Shown: one piece after another, positions 24,160-35,688 of the stretch
How positions within the stretch are numbered: position 1 is the stretch's first letter
How the letters are laid out: each line of letters opens with the position of its first letter
Source of the DNA: Pristiophorus japonicus
Lineage: Eukaryota
Reading direction: 5' to 3'
Length of the DNA stretch: 64,000 bases
Assembly (NCBI RefSeq): GCF_044704955.1
Contig: NC_091977.1
Location: 38,564,001 to 38,628,000, forward strand
The notes under the pieces: model-generated
Told to the model about the DNA's origin: nothing
The model's database searches: none
What the model saw: only the letters and a program-made list of their open reading frames with translations
Program-made: the position numbers and the translations under genes

Positions 24160-24895
24160 AGGGCTGAAATTGCCCCTTCCGATAAGGCCTCTGGCCACCG
24201 GAAAGCGCGGAATGGCCGCCGAGTCTCTGCGGAGCGATCGGCATTTTGGAAATTGCCCTTGTTTACTTGCCCAGGAGCGCTCCACCCATTTTCCCACCGC
24301 AGTGTGCACGCGTCGACCCCATACCGACTGGCGGGGACACCCTCGCGAAATTGCCCCTCGGGAAATTGCTCCTTTCCCGGTATTGCCCCGCAGGAGTGGC
24401 CCCGCCGCTGATCAGTGCCCCCCGACAGCTTTTGCTGTTGCTACACTCCCTGTGAACCAGCGGCCCAGCCACCCTTAAAGGGGAGGTGGCGCACTGCTGC
24501 GGCTGCCATGTCATTTTTTTGTCGGCCAACTGCTAGGTCGGCTCGACAATTATGCCCGCAGGTTCAGCCGGGCCGCCAACAGGCAGCCTGGCACTCCCTC
24601 TTGCCAGTAAAGTGGCTGCAGAGTTCGCAGCAGCCCTCCCCTTTAACTGAAGGGGAGAGGCGTTGTGACGCGCCAGAGCGATGATGTCATCAGCATGGCG
24701 CTGATGATTGACAGCCTCGGATACACCACCCCGCCCCCACTTCCGCCCCCATGATGAGACCACTTCCGCTCCGCTCAAAGAAAAACCTCGAACTGCTGAA
24801 TTTCAATGGTTAGGCCGTCCCAATGTATGGGGCGGCCAGAACACATCGAACCAGTAAGTGCGCCTCGTTTCGGGCGGTGGGCAATTTCGGTCCCC
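24160..24895 (-). mobile_element. PIF/Harbinger-like MITE, inverted copy of the 22707-23486 family
   Basis: TIRs AGGGCTGAAATTGCCC / GGGCAATTTCGGTCCCC; reverse complement matches gaaacgaggcgcac, atcagcgcc.tgctga..atcatcgc.ctg, ctctcccctTCA.TTAAAGGGG. Confidence 0.8.
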
Positions 24896-25125
24896 TAGTT
24901 TTTAATTATTTTGTTTCAGAATAGAATTGCTCTGGGTTGATTCAGTTTAAAAATTTTGATTTTCGTCTTAAGGCCAAAACTTGACAATCTCTCTTCAAGA
25001 TCTTTTTTTATTCAAATGTTAACATTTTCAGCATTTTGATATCAGAGTAACTTTCACTTCATTGTAATTAATTTCACAGTGTACTGCACACCAACTTCTA
25101 TTGTTAAAAAAAAGAAAGACTTGCA

Positions 25126-25355
25126 TTAGGAAACATTTCTACACACAAATGGTGGTAGAAGTTTGGAACTCTCTTCCGCAAATGGTACATCAATTGTTCA
25201 GTTTAAATCTGAGATTGATAGCTTTTTGATAACCAAAGATATTAAGGGATATGGGCTAAAGGCAGGTATACGGAGTTAGATCACAGATCATCCATGACCT
25301 CACTGAATAGCTCAAGTGGCTGAATGGCCTACACCTGTTCTTTGTTTCCTCTGTT
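25126..25355 (+). mobile_element. CR1 3' fragment
   Basis: ggtagaagtttggaactctct..tttaaatctgagattgata..aaccaaa..attaagggatatggg..gatc.ccatga. Confidence 0.7.
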
Positions 25356-25511
25356 CTGCAGTACAATATATGTATTTCACTATAACTGTAGTGTATTCCC
25401 ATTTCTCCATCATGTGTATGTGTTTTTCTCTGTAAGGTATCCATTGTAGTTCAAAGTATGTTTGTCCTCCCCATCAACATGTTCAAATTTTCCTTCAAAT
25501 AATTAGCCTTT

Positions 25512-25924
25512 ATTCATCAGAAGAATTAGAGCGGATCTCATAGAAACATATAAAATTCTGACAGGGCTGGACAGGTTAGATGCAGGAAGAATGTTTCCGA
25601 TGTTGAAGAAGTCAGAACCAGGGGTCACAGTCTCAGGATAAAGGGTAAGCCATTTAGGACCGAGATGAGGAGAAAGTTCTTCACTCAGAGAATTGTGAAC
25701 TTGTGGAATTCTTTACCACAGAAAGTTGTTGAGGCCAGTCGTTAGATATATTCAAAAGGGAGTTGGATGTGACCCTTATGGCTCAAGGGATCAAGGGGTA
25801 TGGGGAGAAAGCAGGAGTCTGGTACTGAAGTTGCATGATCAGCCATGATTATATTGAATGGTGGTGCAGGCTCGAAGGGCCGAATGGCCTACTTCAGCAC
25901 CTATTTTATATGTTTTATGTTTCT
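25512..25924 (+). mobile_element. CR1 3' fragment, (TTTCTATG)n subfamily
   Basis: High similarity to 1430-1855 and 5265-5681. Confidence 0.9.
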
Positions 25925-26641
25925 AGCACATTAAAAAAAATTCTCACACTGATCAAATCTTTCTGCAGGGTGAAAGAAAGGAAGAAGGGTCACTTTGGGG
26001 TTGAGATGGCTCCAAGATGACTCGTCTCGAGATGAAACATAGAACTGGGTCCATGCTCAGTGGTGATCTGATATCTAACCTAGGCAGGACCACAATATTC
26101 CAGGGCACTGTTGATGATCAACCAGCCAACCTAGCTCATTATTAAATCCTGCCACTGGGGGTGTGGAGGGGGAAGGGGGGTGGTGGGGGGAGTGAAATTC
26201 TTCCAAGGTTGCTCTTGAAGACAGTACAATAACAGGCAAGGCGGTCCTAGCAGGATAAGCATTGGGAAGATTACAAATGCTCTGTGGGTAATTTAGCTAA
26301 ACTCCAGCAGTATCCCTTTGCACATTTGAGGGCACTTAGCCTTGACTGTTGCCAACCTGTGGTCAAACTTTCACAGCGTGGCTAAGTGTGTCCATATGGT
26401 AGGAGAGTGTGCGCTCCACATCTCTTCAATAGAAATGTTGCTCGTGTGGCTTCCTCACAAGCCTGGCTTGAACACTCCTGAGCATGGGGATTGGGTTCCA
26501 CATGCCCCAGACATCCAGTGGACCAAAAGATCAATCAATCTCACTCTCGACCAATATGGCTGATTTGAGACATTTCAGTGCACCTGCAAGTGATTAGTTA
26601 TAACAGTTCAGATTTCCTAAATTTTCCACCATTTTAATCAC

Positions 26642-26860
26642 TGCATCATTGGTGGCCGTGCCTTCAGCTGCCGAGGCCTTAGGTTCTGGAATTACCTCCC
26701 GAAACCTCTCCGCCTCTCTACCATTCTTTGCTCCTTTAAGATGCTCCTTAAAACCTACCTTTATGTGGTGTCAAATTCTGTTTGATAATGCTCATGTGAA
26801 GCACCTTGGGACGTTTTACTATGTTAAAGGTGCTTTATAAATGCAAGTTATTATTGTTGT
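26642..26860 (+). mobile_element. L2-clade LINE 3' end
   Basis: GGRAFS...LWN.LP..LR..FK..LK motif remnants; tail aaaggtgct.tataaatgcaagtt is shared with the Deu-SINEs; colinear with 54660-54925. Confidence 0.7.
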
Positions 26861-27825
26861 CTACTTGTCCTTTGAAAAATACAGAACTTGCAAGCAACAT
26901 TACCACGTCAGAGTTGTTGTGGGTGGGGAGGGAGGGTGCCTGATGACATGAAATTTTACAGCCTAGAAGGAGACCATTTTGCCCAATGTGCCTGCTTATC
27001 TTACAAGTGGTTGGCGAGAAGCCACAAACTCAGTCCTGCTTGCAACATTATGAAGGAATTTGAGAAGCAAGGAAGGAGACACATAGCCCCCTCAAGAAAT
27101 GAGGGCTTACAGTATAATGACAACTTGTGAGATAATTCAAAGCCAGCATATCAGGAACTTTCAAGGGAAGCAGAAGATAAGCTCATGCATATGCAACAAA
27201 GCACAACACTATATTGTGGTAGATGCAATTGTTGCTGTGCTACAGTATTACATTTTGAATGAGTTTTTGGAGTGCCACAATCTTTCATAACATATCAGTG
27301 GCCTAGAGGTACGCATTTCATCGGCAGTGCAGTACTCAGTGTCTAAATGACCCAAATGAGGTCACCAGCCGGATTTTAGATTGCCACAAAAAGCATATAT
27401 TATTAATGATTGGAACTGGGGTCATGAGGATTGGAGTAATCCTTTCAGCGCTGACAGGATTTCAAAAGCTAAATCAAAAATATAACAAGATTATTGTAAT
27501 GTCAGGTTATTTCAAGAACACCAATTGTCATTCCAGCTGTTCAACACATTATTATTTAACTATTGTTTCTGCAATAAAAACTCCTGGCTCCGGGCTAAAG
27601 TACAAAGACATCGGATAAAATAGGTGTTAAATCTGCAGAACTAGAATGGTCATTGATAGGGGGTTCCCTAATAATGACATTGCTGTGACAATTCGGAGCA
27701 ATAGGTCTATAAAGAATAACAAAATGGAAGTTTATTTACTGTATAGCTCAGTTTTCCCACACAAGGCAGGAGAGGTGGGGAAACCTGTTGGCTCACCAGA
27801 ACCTTAAGACAGCCCAATTGTGTGT

Positions 27826-28050
27826 CATCATCATAGGCAGTCCCTCGAACGAGGATGACTTGCTTCCACATGAGTTCACAGATGTTTCATTGAACTCCAA
27901 TTGCCTGTGCATGGAATTTTTCACGTGTGGTGACCGTTGCACATCAGCCACCACAGGGGTTAACCAGGACGACTGGAGACCTGCTCTTCTACTGCACGGA
28001 CTTAGTGCGCACACATATCGCAGTGTGGGCTGCCCCTGGGCCCTCGGCAA
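27826..28050 (-). mobile_element. Short non-autonomous RTE-tailed retroelement, 5'-truncated
   Basis: Ends in GGAAGCAAGTCATCCTCG..GAGGGACTGCCTATGATGATG, as the RTE LINE does at 48795-48842; body matches 59835-60085; flanked by a 10-bp TSD AATTGT(G/A)TGT at 27816-27825 and 28051-28060. Confidence 0.82.
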
Positions 28051-28674
28051 AATTGTATGTACTCACTGCGAAGAGCCAGCTTCTGCAATTTGCCTGATTA
28101 CACAGATTGCCGGCTCTGTGGGGCTGGGTTGGGTGCGATGTGAGGGGCGGGGTGGGGGGGGGGCTGCGCGGGGGGACACAGCGCAGCCTGAGTCGGAGCT
28201 GTGAACGACAGACCACAAACTTCAGGATTTCTGTATGTGCCAAATCCCGAAGTGGCGCACAGTTTCAAAGGCGGAATAACGGCGAATGGCGTCAGTTCGC
28301 CCTCGTCCCGACAGCAAATTCCAGGCCATTATTTTAGTTTCCCTCTTGTAAGGTAGCTAGAATCGTGAAACTTATTTAAGAGATTTTGGTGGGAACCCAT
28401 TAAGCCATGTTTCACGTACGAATTTTAAGCACATAAGAATTTGAAGCAGGAGTAGACCATTCGGCCCCTTGAGCCTACTCCGCCATTCATTGAGATCATG
28501 GCTGATCTGCTACCTCAACTCCACTTGCCTCAATGTACCTTTTCGCGAAGCAGAACTTCACAAGAACTTCCATCCCTTTTTACAGTATATAATACTGAGG
28601 ACAACCTCCATTCACACCTTGGGTTCTTTCAAGCGTTCCATTCGAGTTTAGTGGGCATGATCTATTTTATCTAG

Positions 28675-28797
28675 GTTGCAGTGTTAATTTTGTTCCACCA
28701 ACTGATGAAGTGACTGAGTCATCAGAGGGACCCACTGGAGTGATGGGTGGTGGCGTATTCAGCAAGGCAACAGTGCTTAAAGGTCTGGAGCTCATAG
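28675..28797 (+). other. Candidate 123-nt symmetric (phase 1-1) exon of an unidentified host gene
   Basis: tctattttatctAG acceptor, TAG|GTAAAG donor, open frame (G)CSVNFVPPTDEVTESSEGPTGVMGGGVFSKATVLKGLELI; protein not recognised. Confidence 0.2.
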
Positions 28798-29145
28798 GTA
28801 AAGGGGACTTGCACTTTTGCAGTACCAAATCTTTGCGGTATTTTGTACCTTGTGTTTTGTCACACCTTGTGCCTGCTGAGGAGTATGGGGAAGGCTCTCC
28901 TATTTGGGGACAGCTGCTTGCTGCGGCAACTGTAGGAAAGGAGGGTGATGCCTCTCATTACATTTTTCTTATCATCTAAATCATGGAGCAAAATGGGGGA
29001 GATCCGAAGGTGTTCCTATTCACAGCACTTTGCTTGTTTCAGAGGTAATAAAAACAACTCCAGGAAAGTATTGGATGAAAAATGAATTGTTTTGTAAAAA
29101 TGGCAGCAGATGGAAGTAAAAGAAATGGCAATTACAGCATATAAT

Positions 29146-29935
29146 GGGAGCATAGTGGTTATGTTACTGGACTAATGATCCGGAGATGTGAGTTCAAATT
29201 CCACCATGGCAGCAGGGGAATTTAAATTTAGTTCATTAAATAAATCTGGAATATAAAATAAAAGCTCGTAAAGGTTGAACCTCTCTTATCCGGGATTCCC
29301 TTTTCCGGCACCACTCCTCGTCTGACACCATTCCGGCCACCGGGTGGCGCATGCACAAAACTCTGACATGAACAAATTGAAGTCCTTCCTCGCTGCCGAC
29401 TCCTGCAATCGCTGGTCTGACCCCGCGATCCACCGTCCCCATACCCCCCATGATCTCTCTGCTAAACTCCCAACCCCAAGCCAGCTAGCCCCAATATTCC
29501 CTTGCTCAGGACCTGTAACATCCAATTTAATGTGACCTCCCCTCGTCCGGCAAAATCCCTTATCCGACAAAGGCCAGGGCCTGAGGGTATTGGATAAGAG
29601 AGGTTCAACCTGTTTCAGTAATGGTGACCATGAAACTATCAGATTGTTGTAAAAACCCATCTGGTTCACTCTTGTCCTTTAGGGATGGAAATCTGCTGTC
29701 CTTACCCGGTCTGGCCTACATGTGACTTCAGACCCACAGCAATGTGGTTGACTCTTAACTGCCCTCTGAAATGGGCGAGCAAACCACTCAAATTACTACG
29801 ATAAAGTCACTGTGGGGGTACCTTCACCACACGGACTGCAGCGGTTCAAGAAAGTGGCGCTTAAGGGCCATTAGGGATGGGCAATAAATGCCGGTTTTAC
29901 CAGCAACACTCGTATCCCGAGAATGAATTTTAAAA
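29146..29935 (+). mobile_element. tRNA-derived SINE (family of 19805-20215), split by a Tigger-like MITE
   Basis: A-box-like gcatagtggttatg, B-box GAGTTCAAATTCC; tail tagggatgggcaataaatgcc; SINE sequence is continuous across the insertion. Confidence 0.82.
29271..29612. mobile_element. Tigger/pogo-like MITE
   Basis: 20-bp perfect TIR AGGTTGAACCTCTCTTATCC / GGATAAGAGAGGTTCAACCT; TA on the left flank; terminus resembles Tigger4/MER46-type CAGGTTGAG..CCCTTATCC. Confidence 0.88.
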
Positions 29936-31009
29936 TATCAGTACGGAAATACTGAATCATGAAAATAAAAGAGGCTTCAAGCTTTATTATATGAACAACT
30001 GTGTCAAATTAAGAAGGTTCAAAAGATTTTTGTTCTCACACGCAAGTTTTACACTTAAATGGTTTTCACTTCTGACACGCACAATTTCTCACCCATTTTA
30101 TTTGGTGAACTCTCGGCTTTGAATGGCGAGCTCACCTTACATTGCTGTTGAAGGCTGATCCCAAAAGTTCTAATAGGCTTGACTATTGCCAATTTGGGTG
30201 AGCAAAATGTTTGCAGTGCTTCAGTTCTGCTGATTCATTACCGGGATGAGACAACTGTCCCTGATGTGACCTGGTGGCATTGTCGGTGATTAAGCCGACA
30301 CAAGAAATAACATATTGTCACGAGCACTGCTTCATCCTAAAATCTGGGGTATGTGGCAAGTGCCAGATTTAGCACAGAGATCAGCATTGACTATTTATTA
30401 GGGCCAATTATATTCCTGTTCGAAAGCTTTAAGAATATTTACTGGTAGCTGTCCACATCAGGGCCTACTTTCTGGTCCCAATGCTGAACATCTGGGGACA
30501 GCTCTGACATTCACAACCAGGCTTAGTTCTGAAGAGTTTGCAATTAAAAGACAGATCTGATACCAACTTTAGATGTCTGAACCCAACTTCTGATAACTGA
30601 AACTGTTCGTGTCCTTGCATGGATGCTATCTTGGATGTGAAATACTGCAAATCTTTGTGCCTACGTGGATTTTTGGGGGTGCTAGACTGGGTTGTCCTAT
30701 TGTGATTCCTTCACCTGATTTTTGACCCAGTAGAACACAATTGATTTCACAAAGAGTTCTTGCCTTTAATGATACTTTGATCTGTCTGTCTTCATTGGAC
30801 TTAGTGTTGTTGAGGTTATGACTCACCTGGAGTAGTTCGTACAAAAGAGACAGCGGGGTCTTTTGACGACTTGATAAGCTTGCTTCCGCCCTGTTGCATT
30901 CGTGTCTGCTATTTCTCATATGAGAGCAATTGCTACTCAGGCTTTGAAGATATAAACAAATACTTGCCTTAGGTTGATGTGGGCAGGAAACCCCATGATC
31001 TCTCAGATC

Positions 31010-31800
31010 CAAGCAAAGTAAATTAAGGCAGGCTGCATCAGGAGAATAAGGCTGTTACTTATCACTTGGAGGGTTCGAGTCTGGGTGGGGTAGAGGAGCA
31101 AAGGGATGTTGGAGGACAAAACATAAATCACTAAAAAGTAGTGACACAGGTTAACAAGGTCATAAAAAACAGCAAAGCAAACACGAGGGTTTATTTCTAG
31201 AGGGGTAGAATTGAAATGTAGGAAAGTTATGCTCAACCTTGGTTAGACCACACTTAGAGTACTGTGTATAATTCTTGTCGCTATATTATGATAAGGATAT
31301 AGAAGCACTGGAGAGGGTGCAGAGAAGATTTACAAGCATAATGCCAGAATTGTGAGGGTATACCTGTCAGGAAAGAATTAACAAGCTGGGTCTCTTTTCT
31401 CTTGAAAACAGAAGGCAGAGGGGTGACCTAATAGAGAGGTCTTTAAAATTATGAAAGGTTTTGATAGCATAGGCACAGAGAGAATATTTCCACTTGTGGG
31501 GAACAGCATAACTAGAGGCCATCAATATAAGATAGTCACCAAGAAATTAAATAGGGAATCCAGAAGAGAATGGTGAGAAAGTGTAACTTGCTACCACAGG
31601 GAGTGATTGAAGTGAATAGTATCGATGTATTTAAGGGGATGCTAGACAAGCATATGAGGGAGAAGGGAATAGAGGGTTACGCTGATAGATTTAGATGAGG
31701 AAAGATGGGAGGAAGCTCGAGTGTCGTGAAAACACCGGCATGGACTGGTTGGGCCGAATGGCCTGTTTCTGTGCCGTATATCCGATGTAATCCTATGTAC
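31010..31800 (+). mobile_element. Older CR1 3' portion
   Basis: Remnants of [17 protein letters not shown] and LFSLE.RR.RGDL; 3' hairpin gggccgaatggcc; atcctatg tail. Confidence 0.8.
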
Positions 31801-32147
31801 CCTCTATTCCCTTCCTATAGAGTGGGTCTTTGGGTGTGTGACTACATTAATTCAAAATGGGCCCCAAAATATCAATGTCAACGGCCTACTGTAAATAAGC
31901 TGAGATCAAAATTTTAAACAGATGTTGCAGTATAACATAAACTGTGGGGGGGGAGAAGTAGTACCGGAGTTTTGAAATATATTGTACATTTGGGTATCTG
32001 TGTGGTAACTTCGTCCACTTCCACCTTAGTTGCTGGTGCTGAGATGAGCCAGTGATTGAGCTTTCTTTGATGATGATATATCTTGCTGTTTGAGTATGTT
32101 TCTACACTGGTGTTTGGAGAAAGCTTTGTTCTTTATGGGTGGTATTG

Positions 32148-34749
32148 ATCAGTATGGGTGGAGCTACGGAATACCAAAGGGCAGAAAACGCTAATGGGAA
32201 TGGTGTACAAACCACCAAACAATAGTAGTGAGGTTGGGGACAGCATCAAACAAGAATTTAGGGATGCGTGCAATAAAGGTGCAGCAGTTATCATGGGAGA
32301 CTTTAATCTACATGTTGATTGGGCTAACCAAACTGGCAGCAATACAGTGGAGGAGGATTACCTGGAGTGTATTAGGGATGGTTTTCTAGACCAATATGTT
32401 GAGGAGCCAACTAGAGGGCTGGCCATCCTAGACTGGGTGATGTGTAATGAGAAAGGACTAATTAGAAATCTTGTTTTGCGAGGCCTCTTGGGGAAGAGTG
32501 GCCATAATATAATAGAATTCTTTATTAAGATGGAGCGTGACACAGTTAATTCAGAGACTAGGGTCCTGAACTTAAGGAAAGGTAACTTCAATGGTATGAA
32601 ACGTGAATTGGCAAGAATAGACTGGCGAATGACACTTAAAGGGTTGATGGTGGATAGGCAATGGCAAACCTTGGATGAACTTTAACAATTGTACATGCTT
32701 GTCTGGAGTAAAAATAAAATGGGGAAGGTGGCTCAACCATGGCTAACAAGGGAAATTAAGGATATTGTTAAATCCAAGGAAGTGGCAGATAAATTGGCCA
32801 GAAAAAGCAGCAAACCTGAGGACTGGGAGAATTTTATAATTCAGCAGAGGAGGACAAAGGGTTTAATTAGGAGGGGGAAAATAGAATATGAGAGGAAGCT
32901 TGCTGGCATCATATAAACTGACTGCAAAAGCTTCTATAGATATGTGAAGAGAAAAAGATTAGTGAAGAAAAATGTAGGTCCTTTGCAGTCAGATTCAGGT
33001 GAATTTATAATGGGGAACAAAGAAATGGCGAACCAGTTGAACAAATACTTTGGTTCTGACTTCACGAAGGAAGACACAAATAACCTTCCGAAAATATTAG
33101 GGAACCGAGGATCTAGTGAGAAGGAGGAACTGAAGGAAATCCTTATTAGGCGGGAAATTTTGTTGGGGAAATTGATGGGATTGAAGGCCAATAAATCCCT
33201 GGGGCCTGATAGTCTGCATCCCAGAGTACATAAGGAAGTAGCCCTAGAAATAGTGGATGCATTGGTGATCATTTTCCAACAGTCTATCTACTCTGGATCA
33301 ATTCCTATGGACTGGAGGGTAGCAAATGTAACACCACTTTTTAAGAAAGGAGGAAGAGAGAAAACGGGTAACTATAGACCGGTTAGCCTGACATCAGTAG
33401 TGGGGAAAATGTTGGAATCATTTATTAAAGATGAAATAGCAGCGCATTTGGAAAGCAGTGACGGGATCGGTCCAAGTCAGCATGGATTTATCAAAGGGAA
33501 ATCATAATTGACAAATCTTCTAGAATTATTTGAGGATGTAACTCATAGCGTGGACAAGGGAGAACCAGTGGATGTAGAGTATTTGGACTTTCAGAAGGCT
33601 TTTGACAAGGTCCCACTCAAGAGATTAGTGTGCAAAATTAAAGCACATGGTATTGGGGGTAATGTACTGATGTGGATAGAGAACTGGTTGGCAGACAGGA
33701 AGCAGAGGGTTGGTATAAACGGGTCCTTTTCAGAATGGCAGGCAGTGACTAGTGGAGTGCCGCACGGCTCAGTGCTGGGACCCCAGCTATTTACAATATA
33801 CATCAATGATTCAGAAGAAGGAATTGAGTGTAATATCTCCAAGTTTGCAGATGACACTATGCTGGATGGTGGTGTTTCCTGTGAAGAGGACCCTAAGAGG
33901 CTGCAGGATGATTTGGACAGGTTAGGTGAGTGGGCATACGCATGGCAGGTGCAGTATAATGTGGATAAATGTGAGGTTATCCACTTTGGTGGCAAAAACA
34001 TGAAGGCAGAATATTATCTGAATGGCGGCAAATTAGAAAAAGGGGAGATGCAACGAGACCTGGGTGTCATGGTACATCAGTCATTGAAAGTTGGCATGCA
34101 AGTACAGCAGGCGGTGAAGAAGGCAAATGGTATGTTGGCCTTCATAGCTAGGGGATTTGAGTATAGGAGCAAGGAGGTCTTACTGCAGTTGTACAGGGCC
34201 TTAGTGAGGCCACACCTGGAATATTGTGTTCAGTTTTGGTCTCCTAATCTGAGGAAGGACATCCTTGCTATTGAAGGAGTGCAGCGAAGGTTCACCAGAC
34301 TGATTCCCGGGATGGCAAGACTGACATATGAGGAGAGAATGGATCAACTGGGCCTGTATTCACTGGAGTTTAGAAGGATGAAAGGCGATCTCATAGTAAC
34401 ATATAAAATTCTGACGGGACTGGACAGGTTAGATGCAGGAAGAATGGGGCATAATCTAAGGATAAGGGGTAAGCCATTTAGGACTGAGATGAGGAGAAAC
34501 TTCTTCACTCAGAGAGTTGTTAATCTGTGGAATTTCCTATCGCAGAGAGTTGTTGATGCCAGTTCATTGGATGTATTCAAGAGGGAGTTAGATATGGCCC
34601 TTATGGCTAAAGGGATCAAGGGGTATGGAGAGAAAGCAGGAAAGGCATACTGAGGTGAATGATCAGACATGATCTTATTGAATGGTGGTGCAGGCTCGAA
34701 GGGCCGAATGGCCTACTCCTGCATCTATTTTCTATGTTTCTATGTTTCT
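32148..34749 (+). mobile_element. CR1 LINE, 5'-truncated in the endonuclease domain
   Basis: ORFs 32158-32685, 32944-33507 and 33508-34653 (381 aa, RT to C-terminus); (TTTCTATG)n tail. Confidence 0.96.
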
Positions 34750-35688
34750 TTGAGAAAGAAAATCTCATGAATGAATCGAGTGTAGAATTCTCCTTGGTGT
34801 TTCTTTTGTTGGTTTGACTATTACAAATGACTGTGGAATGATACTGAAGGCTTGGCTCTAACTAAGCACTTACTTATAAGAACGTAAGAACATAAGAATA
34901 GGACCTATGGGCATGTCTTGCTGACTTATTCAAGCTGATTTAGTGTCTGCTATTTCAGTCTGGATAAATTTGTTGAGAAAGTTGATCATTTTTGGAGACC
35001 TCCTTGAAGATGCTGGAAAAAAGGCGGAAAGACAAATTCATGTTCAAATATAAGTTGTAGAGGGAACATCAGAGGTCGAAAATATACTCTGAAATAATAG
35101 AAAACTTGAAGTCTTGGCCGAGTAATGTTCCAGGAAGAATATGAAATGCTTTCCATAATCCATGGTTGCAGTATAGCTAAAGGTAAACTTTAAAGCGATA
35201 TGAGGATATTCGTGAATTCAATGCTCAACATGTTCAAACACTGTGGTCCAGTAATCAGCAAAATAAAAAGAAAACTGAATTAGAGAGCCAAATAGAGCAG
35301 CATAGAGTTCAGTCAATCTGAAACAGTATGATGCTCTTGACAGACCACATCTTGAGTACTTTGTTCACTTCCAGTCATTGGAACTGAATGAGACACTCAG
35401 TTTAAAGAACCACAAAACTGATCATAAACTTGGAGAAACGTGAAGTTTCAAGCTTTGAAAATAAGCAACTAAGAACAACATTATTAGATAGTATGTGGAA
35501 GAGGAAAAGTAAATCTGAATCATTACTTCAAATTAAAACCAACAACAGCAACTTGCAAGTATATAGTACCTTTATGATAGAAACATGTCCGAAAACAATG
35601 ACGAAAATTCAAGGGTATTAAGAAATAATTTAATGCTCTATGAGGACTTGTGTTTCTTTCTGGATGAATGAGCTATGACAGCCTTCAT

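Noticed and set aside
32148-32220. Similar 5' truncation points of the CR1 copies at 32148 and 60101
   Set aside because: Only two copies, ~40 nt apart on the consensus; insufficient to claim a truncation hotspot.
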